DNA of 64,000 nt from Camelus dromedarius (taxonomy: Eukaryota): NCBI RefSeq assembly GCF_036321535.1, contig NC_087437.1:93808001-93872000 (forward strand), given 5' to 3'. Numbering within the stretch: the first letter of the stretch is position 1; each line of letters opens with the position of its first letter. Below the pieces are notes generated by a model. The model searched no databases, was not told where the DNA came from, and saw only the letters and a program-made list of their open reading frames with translations. Position numbers and translations under genes: made by a program. Shown piece after piece: positions 53,641-64,000 of the stretch.

Positions 53641-56055
53641 ACATTCTCCCTAACAATGGCTTTTCACCCCGAGCTACATCTGTAGCTTCCTACACACATA
53701 AGTACTATAAGAATTTTAAAGAAAGTATTTAAAAACTTCAATGGAAATATAACAAGTGTAAAGAAGACAGAAACTGAATTTTTAAATGCCATCTCTTTGT
53801 TAATTTTACTAATCTCTTAAGCATTATTTGCAACAAGCACTTTGTTGGACTCTAGGTGACCAATAGTGAACAAAACAAATCCCTGACTTTAAGAAGTTTA
53901 AAATCTAGTTGGGGAGGCATACCAGAGAGAAGTGAGCAGTGATTGTAAAGCACAAGAAAGAAGTCAAACAGTGAACTGAAATAATCACGAAGTGGGACCT
54001 ATTGAGGTTCGGTATTTAGAGAAGATCTTTAAGTTTGCCTTTTGGCTGAGTCCCTCATAACTCTGCACCAATTCTTATTTTACATTTTAAAAGCATTTAC
54101 ACACACACATCAAAATTATGGTTTAACTATTACACATTTGCTAATATGCCCCCATGAATTGTTCCCTTACTGCCTTTTTACCATGTTGATTTATTTCTGT
54201 TAATGAAAGATCTTTTTGTTTCTCACGTCTTTTGGTTCTCCCCTGGCATCTGGAAAGTGTTATTAAGTCACTTAAATAACTCTAAGTTGTTCTTTAAAAA
54301 TAAATGAGAATGGTATTAGAAGGCATCTACAGCTGAGACTATGATTAAGTTGAGAAAATATGCCTACACATTTAAGCCTCAAAGTGCATGCATGCATGCG
54401 TGCATGTGTGCATGTCTGTCTTTATGTCTGTGTTGAGAGGAGAGATACCTCTGGTCTGCATAAATCCATGAAAGAAACGACTAATTGGCTAAACCAAGTG
54501 GCGCTAAGGATAACCAATTGGAAAACTGCCTGTGAGCCAGAGCAGAAGTGCACACACTCTACTGTTACTCTGTGATTCAAGAAAAATGTCCTCTGTGTCT
54601 TGAAATAAGGAGTAATGGCCATCATTCTACTGAGATGTCACTATTCAGTCTACTGTGCAGAGATCCTAAGTCTGGTTCTCCCTGCTCAGGGGGGGAATCT
54701 TAAAGTTCTGCCGCCTTCATGTTTGTAGATTTCTCTGCTGAGAATATATGCAGAGCTTCTCACAAGCCTAATGCAAGAAGAATTGTATGCATGTGAACAA
54801 ATTCCCTTGTTAATCCAACCCAGAAGTTAGTTCATAGTAAAATGAATTAAACTCTGATTCAGCAGTCTCTGTGACATACACCTTTAGAGTGGAATAACAT
54901 TATCTATATTTCTTGGCTACAGTAGCATGTCTAGGAAGACTAAAGTGCTCTGTTTCTCTGTGACGTATGTCATCTGTGACGTGTTATTAATGATGGTTAC
55001 ATAATTGCAAATGAATTAAGAAATTATTTCAGAATGTCTCCTAAGTGCCAACTGATGACATTAATTCTCATATTTACTCAGGTATATAAATAAAGATTTT
55101 TCTACATACTTAGAAAGATGTCCATCCAAAGAAATCAATAAGACCAACTGTTACACAGAGTCTAACATTTAGTTCAAAATCTGAGCCAGATAAGTCTGTC
55201 TTAGTTTATTCCTTACAAGATGTATCATCCTGCAATTATTTTCCCATGTGTAACTAAAGCTTTATAAACCCTACTGTAAGAGCAATGTTTGCTCCCTTTA
55301 TAAAAAGAGTCAGGCTATATGACATTATTTATCCTACATTTGGCTCAGGAATAATGTTAAATGATTTGTGGATAGCTTAACAACAAATACTGTATAAAAC
55401 TCTGGAGATTCCATAGATTCTCTGAAGGAGGAAAATCCAGCAAGTAATCTAATCACATGGAGTGAAAGAAATGGAAAGAAACCAGATAACATACTCATTC
55501 TTCTTTTTGCTTTTCCCTTCCCGTTCCTTTTCCACTTCCACTGAAGCTGATCCCATCTTCGCATTCACTTTGTAAAGCTGTTGACACAAATATTAATGAA
55601 TTATAGGTTGAACAATCTTGAGAGAATTTGCAACCCAAGAAAAGAGCTCAGTTACCCAGAATCGATCTGATTGATAAAATATATGAAGAGACATTATGGG
55701 GAGTGTCATGTTTCTTGCCTAAATCCCACAAGGGATTTGTTTTCTCATGTCTACAGTGGACAGACCGAATCTGTCAAAGGTAAATATAAAGAAATCAGAT
55801 TTGATTATACCCTGCAACTATTTTTATTTATCAAGAACCAATTTTTGTTAGGTCTATATCTTACTGATTTTTCAACAAATATATATTGGGTGCCTACCAT
55901 TTACCATGTATGAGAGCAACTCTGGGGACACAGTTTCAACATTATTCTTACCCAGTTCTCATTCAGAGCTTCAAAAAGTTATGCTTAGGTCACATAAACA
56001 GTAAGTAAGAAAATGGAGAGTTTCAGTTAAGCTTTGTACTTGATTGAATGGTCAC

Positions 56056-56430
56056 TGTTCTGGGCTGAATGTGTTCCCCAAAATTAATACACTGAAGTTC
56101 TAATGCCAAGGGCTTCAGAATGTTAACTATATTGGAAGATAAGGTCTTTAAAGATGTAATTAGGGTAAAATGTGGTTATGTGTGTGGCCCTGATCTAATA
56201 GGTCTGGTATCTTTCTAAAAAGAGGAAATTTAGACACAGATAGGCACAGAGAGAAGACCATGTGAAGACACAAGGAGAACATGACCAGCTACAAGCCAAG
56301 GAGAGAGGCCTCAGAAGAAACCAATCATTCTGACACTGATCTCTGATTTCTAGTCTCTAGAATGGTGGGGAAAAAAATTTCTGTTGCTTAAGCTACTCAG
56401 TCTGCAGTGCTTTGTTATGACAGCTACACA
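56056..56430 (+). mobile_element. MLT1A/B MaLR solo LTR
   Basis: tgttctgggctgaatgtgttccccaaaatt...caagccaaggagagaggcctcagaagaaacca...tttgttatgacagc. Confidence 0.9.
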
Positions 56431-56434
56431 AAAT

Positions 56435-57382
56435 TGTTATAGTGGCTCTCCAAAATATATTTCCATGTACTAACATTTGGAATCTGTGACTGTGAACTTA
56501 TTTGGGAAAGGATCTTTGAAGATTTAGTTAAGGATCTCAACATGAGATCATCTTGGATTATCCATGTGAGCCCTAAATGCAATAAGTGTCCTTGAAAAAG
56601 GAGAGATACACAGGGAGGAGGAAGAAAAGGCATGTGAAGATGGAGGCAGGGGTTGCAGTTATGTAGTCACAAGCCAAAGAGTACCTGGAGCTACTGGAAG
56701 CTGGAAGAGACAAGGAAGGATTGTCTCCTATAGACTTTAGGGGCAGTTTTGCTGCCCGAGAGCTTGATGTGGAATGGTTACCAAGTCCAAACTCATTCTG
56801 CTAGCCACACAACAGGCCAGTAAATTGGGAGATGCACTGTTGGGGCACGGAATAACAACTTTATTCAGAAAGCCAGCGGACTGAGAAGATAGGAGACTAA
56901 CGTCCTAGAGAACCATCTTCCCCAAGTCAGAATTCAGGCTCCTTTTATACTAAAAAGGAGGTGGGTATAGTTGGCTGTTGCAAACTTCTTGGTGTCAGAA
57001 TCCTTTGTTCTTGCAGCTATCCATGTAGGTCAGGTCATGATGTTCCTGTAAACCTCTAACAAGACAAATATTTCTCTCTGTTCTGCAACTTTTTATCTCT
57101 ATGTGAATGGGAAAGTGTTACACCCTTAAAGGTCAGAGCCTTGAGGATGGGCTGTCCTGTATATTTGAGGCTATAGGCAACATTCTTTTACAAAAGATGC
57201 GGAAGCAGCATGACTAAGCACAGGAAACAGAGCACAGGGTTAGAGCTAAAGGAACAGATCTAATATGGAGTCAGATTTGTTCTTCCCTACTACAGAACTT
57301 CTGCCTACAGAACTGTGAGAGAATAATTTTGTGTTGTTTTAAGCTACCAAGTGTGCGGCAATTTCTTATGGCAGCCCTGGGA
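56435..57382 (+). mobile_element. MLT1C/D MaLR LTR, split by a nested LTR
   Basis: gagatcatcttggattatcc...gaagctggaagagacaaggaagg up to 56775; resumes at 57295 with gaacttctgcctacagaactgtgagagaataa...ttatggcagccctggga. Confidence 0.88.
56776..57294 (-). mobile_element. Artiodactyl ERV1-type solo LTR
   Basis: ~519 bp, gttaccaagtccaaac...ccctactaca. Flanked by gaat (56772-56775) / gaac (57295-57298). Minus-strand AATAAA at ~56862. Confidence 0.85.
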
Positions 57383-57994
57383 TAAAGGAGGCTATATTCT
57401 TTATCTGAAGAATGCTTCTTCTGGATTCCCAAGCCCAAACTCCACTACACTGTGCTGCCTTTCACTTCACTGACCCATGCCTGTGGAAGTTTTTGGAGAA
57501 GGACCAGAAGTGAAATGTTACATTGCCAAAAGTGGTTGTTGATTTTATATGTCTTTAAGCTTTGCCAACAAAAGATCCCTCTTTTAAAAATAATTTGTGG
57601 ACGTTTTATTTCCTAAGCTATTCTGTTATTTTAATGAGATCTTGGTACTGTTTTCTCTCCCACTGCTAATGGCCTATAATTTTAGTCTGGACACAAGATA
57701 AGCCTGTTTTAAGTTAAATTAGATGAAAAGTGAATTTTCAAAAATTATTTCTAAATGTACAGTCTTTTCCTCAGTATTCCCAATTCCTTCCACAACTTTG
57801 CTATGCCAACTCAATTATTTGTACCCTGATACTGATTTTAATTGATTGTAAAACAAAGTATTTCTAATAGATCTTAAATCTAGAGAGGAGACCCTAGGAG
57901 CAAAGGTATAGGATGAGAGAGATGTGAGGAAGTACTCAAGTGACATTCTTTGATCACATTTCATGGTGCTCTGAAGAGAATGATGGCAAATATA

Positions 57995-58115
57995 GGAGAG
58001 AAAACAACCATATGATAACCTGGCTCCTTCCCTGCATCATGAAGATGAGAACCCTAAAGTCCAGAGAGATTAAATGATTTGATCTTGGTTGTATACGGAC
58101 TGTAATGTCATCTTT
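57995..58115 (-). mobile_element. MIR remnant
   Basis: gaagatgagaaccctaaagtccagagagattaaatgatttgatcttgg. Confidence 0.55.
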
Positions 58116-61100
58116 GTCACTAACTAGCATTGTAACTAAGGGCAATTTACTTCATTATCTGGCCCTCAGATGACTGAATAATACCTATTTTGAAAGATTT
58201 ATGTAAGAAGTTGAGATATTCTAAAAGTGAAGCAGAATGTCTATGCATATGCAATGCTATTTTTTTGTTTAATTGTGTAATCTAATTAAGGATTTGTCTA
58301 TATATAAGCCACTGCCATAGTCCTAAGCTCATGAAAAAGCCAACAGAAGGCAGTGGCTGGACTTGCATTTTGCCACTTCACTTTCAAAGAGGTAAAATAT
58401 GGATGGTGATAAAAGGTCTCCCAAATCTCACTACTCTTTCCAAAATAATACCTTACACTGCATGAGATTTTCTTGTGTAAAGTAAAGTACACATGATCAG
58501 GACCAAACAGGGCATGCTATAGTTGTGGTTAACTGGCTAACAATTGCAATGCCAATAAATGTATATGTCAACAGAAGTACACACAATCCCAGTTTCCTTC
58601 CTTAACTACATGAGGAGTCTTTTTACATCAGAACTGGATAAATGCCATCTCTGGAAACTGTCAGCACGGAGGCAGGAAGCAAGCCCTAGCAGTGTTCCTG
58701 GAGTGTAAGTTAGGTTGGAGAGAGAGTGGAGGTCAAGTACCAGTCCAGTGTACTCACACACTTAAACAGGGATGCCAGCCAGGAATATTGTAGAATTGTC
58801 ACTCACCATCCATTTTAGAGATGGGTCAGTAAAGTTTGTTCCCATTCTTGATCAATCACTTTTCAAAACCCTGAGAGTCTTTGATATACCCAGAGAAATG
58901 AGAATCCGGTTGAGTAGAGCAACACAACTCTCTTGTGTGTTAACTGTGGGCCTGTGTTGAACACACATGATAAGACATTGTCTCGCAAGACCAACTTGAA
59001 GGAAATGAATACGTGTGATATTGACATGATATAAAACCCAACTTCAATTTAATTCTTCACTTTTGCTGATGATAAAATAGAATTTAGAGATAAAACGGCA
59101 GTGCCATGACCAGAAGACAGTGATTCTGACATCAGGTTCAGTGTTTGTTATATTAGCTGACAGCTGACTCCGGATCAAATTTATTGGCCTGAAGGACTCA
59201 ACTAGTTGCAGAGAATGTAACTCTTTCTCATACTTGGAGTCACATCTTTAAAGGCTTTTAAACTTTTAAGCCTACAAATCTTGGAAACATTTCAGAAATT
59301 AACATAATTCAAAATCCAAAATATGACGCCAGTCTTTTATAGTCCCACCAACTGAAACAGCTATGACAACTAGAAGTAATTTATGCCAAAATGTAATTTT
59401 TTGCTGTTTCCTATTATTTTTTCATTTCTGAAAAATAAACTGCAAATGCTGTCAATTTAGAGTCTTCAAGTATAAATATACCTTTTTGTGAGAAAATTAG
59501 CAAAATTATTAATAGAGTCAAAAGTGAAACTCATGTTTAATCTCCTTAAAATGTCAATGCTTGGTAGGAGAGATTTTCTGTTTCTGCATTGTTGCCTGGT
59601 TACCATTTGTTAACAGTATCTGAAAAACCAAACAAATAAACCATTATTTAAACAGAATTAAAATAGTCAAAGCAGTTACAAGATTAGAAAAAATATTTAC
59701 ACATGATTTCATATTTATCTTTGGTCAAAAGCAGAGGTCAACGGAATGCTGAGATTCATGCTGAAATTTCAGTAGTCATTTTATGCTAAAATGGAAAATA
59801 TAAATACATAAAACTGCCACATGAACAGCATTTTTTCTAAACAATTTGTCAAAAAAAATTTTGACATCTGGAAATTTAAATTTATAAATTGTCTTTAAAA
59901 CTCATCTAATGTTTTTTTAAATATAAACTAATTTTGGAAGCTGAACATTTTTCTCCTCTAACTTCTTTGTTTCAGATGTGACACTATGAGCCAGCTAAGC
60001 AGAATTACAGAAAGAACGTGTTGAAAATAATCATGATATGAAGCAAATATTACTCTTGCAGTTTCTGCTTATAAACCTAGGAATATATCTTAGGTATATC
60101 TCAAGAAAGAAAGGAAAAAGGGGGGTCTCAATAGAAAAATAGAATCTGTCTTTTCTGTTGAAAATAAATTAGCAAGACAAGGAACACTTAAGGACTGTAA
60201 AAAAAACATAAATGAAAGTCTGTGTTAAGTTCTTCATTTTTACATCTTCAGTGTTAAGTATTTTCTGGTCCCTGCAGTTTTATTGCTGCTGTTTTTGCCA
60301 CAAGGTGTTTTGGCCTCATTTAAGTGATTTCCTGATTGGCAGAATTATCCATGATTTGGAGAACACGACGCAGCACAAGAGCATTAGGGGAATTCAGTGA
60401 GCAGGTGTTAAACCAATTACAGAGAATAGTTCTCTTTATCAATCTTTAATTTTCTGACTTCAGAATTTTCAAACAGATGTTTTAGACAGATTTCCTCTTC
60501 TTTTCTGTGTTTCCGTGGGGTTGTCTCTCACCTGCTTAATTGCTTTTTGCCAAATAAAGGAATACAAAAGGAACACAAAATACACATTCTTACTTCCCTT
60601 GTGTGAGGAAAGTTCCCTATTTGCTTTTCTGCACTTTAGTTCACTTTTCTTTGAAGAGTGGGAAGTTAGCAATAGAGCTGAAATAAACTTCTCTGCTGGA
60701 CTCTAAGACCCTTGAATATATGGACAACCTCTCTCCCTTCCCAGTGTTTGGCATTTTCTTTTTATGGAGTTTCCTGAGTACCTCAGCTCTTCAACAACCA
60801 ATACTCATCTTTTCTGCAGACTGATGACTATAAGGTTTCTTTTTGATTCAACTGTGGCAAGAGAATGAAAACAATAATAGTTAAGTATAAATATAAATAT
60901 AGAGATATTGATGGCCTGAAGTTTCAGCTGCTAGGAACAAAGGAATGGAATATTTAGGATAAGGGGGACTATCTGACATATGCATTTGGGTTTTTGGTAT
61001 GATGTCATAGAAATCACATTTCTCTATTGTCTGGAACACTAGTAGAGTAGACTTGCCAGAACTTTGTATATCTGTATTAATTCTGATATGCTTGCTTCCT

Positions 61101-61513
61101 GGGACAGTGATTTTCAGGCAAGAAGTATCCATGTGTAATGAGCTTGGGTCAGCAGGAAAGCCTTGAACATAAGAGTAGGGTAGTGATGCTGAATGCAGCA
61201 TGGTACCATCATCAACCTACATCTCTTGGCCTAACCATAAGAAAATATATCCTATGTTTCTTAACTTTAGATCCTTATGTAACTTAACTAAGAATAGATA
61301 TCTGTTTAACATGATTTGTTCAGTTATCAAATATGGGGAGCAACGGTAGTTCTTTGAGAATTCTTTACTGCAAAGCTTTGTTGCCATAAAGGCTTTTATG
61401 CACAAGCGTCACCATCATGCTGGAAAGAAGCAGCACCTGGAGAGAGGACTTGGACTCCCCAGGTGAAAATAGAAGTGCCAGATGGAGTTTGCATAGAAAC
61501 ACCCAGTGGGAAT

Positions 61514-62054
61514 TTTGATGGTTAATTTTATGTGTCAACCTGACAGGGCTTAAGGATACCCAGATAACTAGTAAAACATTTATTTCTGGGTATGTCTGTA
61601 AGGGTTTCTCTGGAAGAGATTAGCATTTGAATCAGTAGACTGAGTAAAGATCAGCCTCACAAATGTGGGCACTACCCAACCCATTTAGGGCCTAAATAGA
61701 ACCAAAAGTGGAAAAAGAGTAAATTTCCTCTCTGCTTGAGCTGAGACTCCATCTTCTCCTACCCATGGACATCATCTCTTCTGTTTGTCAGGTTTCAGAC
61801 TCAGACTAGGACCGAGACCATCCCCCTCCAATCACAGGCCATTAGACTTGGGCTGCATAACACCGCTGATTTTCTTGTTTCTCTACCTTGCAGATGGGAG
61901 GTCTTCACAGTCATGTGAGACAATTCCTTTAATATACCTCCTCAAATCGAGCTTTCTACAGAATTCTTGTATTAGGGTCATACACATGCACACACGTGTA
62001 TGTATATTAGTCATGTATCCTATTGGTTCTATTTTTCTGGAGAACTCTAATACA
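61514..62054 (+). mobile_element. MLT2 (ERVL) solo LTR
   Basis: tgatggttaattttatgtgtcaac...ggaagagattagcatttgaatcagtagactgagtaaag...cctattggttct...ggagaactctaataca; 5-bp TSD ggaat/gggat. Confidence 0.93.
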
Positions 62055-64000
62055 GGGATTCTGTAGGAGGGTAGAGAATCTGAACTAGCATTTGAAGGTG
62101 AAGATTATTGAAATTTAAATTACATTAAAGTGTTGTTCAAAATCAATGTCAGCCTCTGTCTAAAATCTCTTTTCTGGACAGGCTGGACCACTAAATACTA
62201 ACTTTCCTGGATACCATTGTCCTTGAAGTTGTGGATGATTTCAAATCCTGTGATGAAGTACAGTGAGATAAAAAAGTGATATGGGAGGCAGTACTGACCT
62301 GATTATAAAGCCAACAATATTGGTCTCTTTTTTTCCTGAATGAGCTGAGGATTTGTGATTGTTACAAAAAAAGCAACGTGATTTCTGTCCAATTATGTGA
62401 TGCAGCCTTGGGAGTATTTGCTTTCACTTATATCTGATATACACTTCAGTGGTCTATTTTATTCCTTGCAAGTCAACAAAAATCTACTATTATTTTCTTC
62501 ACTTCTAAGAGATCATTTGCTTCTTTGCCTCCCTAAGAAGACGAGGATATCTTACGTGAGCTTCTCCCTTTCCTTCTTATGATAGCATCTATGTCACACA
62601 TTTTCTCTTGCCTAAAGCTAGTTTCTCATCAGAGTTCAGAATAATTTCTCCTCCCTTTCCTCTGGGATCTTCTTCCATTTATCACCTTTCTCATTTATAT
62701 TTTCAATCCCCCTTATTCTCTTGGCTACCTCCCCCTTTGTATGTGTAAATAAGCTCAAGCCCTCAATTTCTTGTAAAACAAATGAAAAAAAGTGAGAAAG
62801 CAAAAAACGCATGCCACGCTCAGTTTTGTAATAGGAATGTGACAATCCTGAAAGGTTACTCTTTAAGCAGCAAGGACAATAGATGAAAGAGGGGTGCCAA
62901 TGACATCTGTCAGGTATTTAGTATTTAGATGCCAGTAAAGGGCAACTAGAATAGTGACAAGGAGCAGGGGTCTGTGCATAGGCAGCTGTGAATGGGAAAA
63001 CACAGAGAAAATGAAAGAACACCCTAGTACGGAGGCAGTAAGACAGCAGAGCCAGAGACCCTCTACAGAGGGACTGGATCTGATGCTACATGGTATAAAA
63101 CTTTGGAAGGAGAGACAGTAATAGTGGTTTTTTAAAGAAATTTTGCTATTGCTTTTGTGAGATAATTTTCTCACTATTAAACATTCACATAAAAACACAG
63201 TATATATCTCTCTATACTTCTTCCTGTGCTCAAGTATTTCAGACTGTTCACAAATTCTGTTATATTTGAGTTTCAAATACATTATATTTAACATTTAACA
63301 CAGGGATTTTTTTTATAACAATGATTTGGGAAGAATGGATTGATAATGTCTTAGAAATTAGCCTGATTCTAACATAATTAAAAGCAATTACTTTTCTAAT
63401 TAAATAAACAACACATTTCCATAAAAAATTAAACAATATAGGCATTTGGAAAGCAAAAGTGTCATAATTTAGGTGAGGATAGGGGTATGGATGATAGATA
63501 CTGCTTGTCTGTACTAGTGGGTTATAAAAATGGCATGCTTTTATATTTTCTGAGGATCATTTGTACAAACCTGCTGCAGCAGAATGCCCCAACTCATCAG
63601 TTATATGATTTAGAAGTAAACCTGTAAAACTCCAGTATCAGAAGCATGGCCGATCCTTGATAAAGTTTAATGACTCAAAAAAATTGGCATAATTTAAGCC
63701 ATGAAAATGGGGCTATGTTATGCAATTTTAATTAAAGGGGTGATTTGCAGAGGCAAATAGTGATTATATAAGTTGAAATTTAGTCAAGCCATTAAGGTCA
63801 GCTGACCTAAATATATATTTACAAACCCAAAGTGATAAATGACTCCCCCTACTGAAACCCAAAATAGCATGTGTAAATTCACATTTTTTATGGACAATAT
63901 TTAAGGAAATGAAAATCAAGTTAGTTTTCTTTCTCAGAAAGTCTTTCAGTTTTAATATTATATAACATTCCCTTGATAATTGCACTACCCAAGTAATAAC

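Noticed and set aside
62863..63294. 143-aa minus-strand ORF
   Set aside because: No recognisable domain or splice structure; composition is consistent with chance.
1..64000. Inferring host-gene strand from L1/LTR orientation bias
   Set aside because: Elements occur on both strands and are too few for a meaningful bias.

Overview
AT-rich, CpG-depleted mammalian genomic DNA, most likely camelid (alpaca/camel), judged from a tRNA-Ala-derived Vic-1-type SINE at 6.6 kb. No protein-coding gene is recognisable, and the supplied ORFs are chance ORFs or decayed transposon frames. The window looks intronic or intergenic and is dominated by old transposable elements: L2, MIR, CR1/L3, L1M-type LINEs, ERVL/MaLR LTRs and two younger ERV1-type solo LTRs. 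The clearest structure is a nested complex at 22.6-30.0 kb. There a decayed ERVL provirus remnant (protease-RT-RNase H plus a partial LTR33-like 3' LTR) interrupts an L1 ORF2, and that ORF2 is joined to a CpG-retaining L1 5' UTR. Other points of interest are a fold-back templated duplication (30.76 kb), three low-confidence minus-strand exon candidates and several repeat-free, motif-dense candidate enhancers. I found no convincing evidence of a novel biological system. Repeat family names come from recalled consensus sequences, not alignments, and boundaries are approximate unless TSDs are given.
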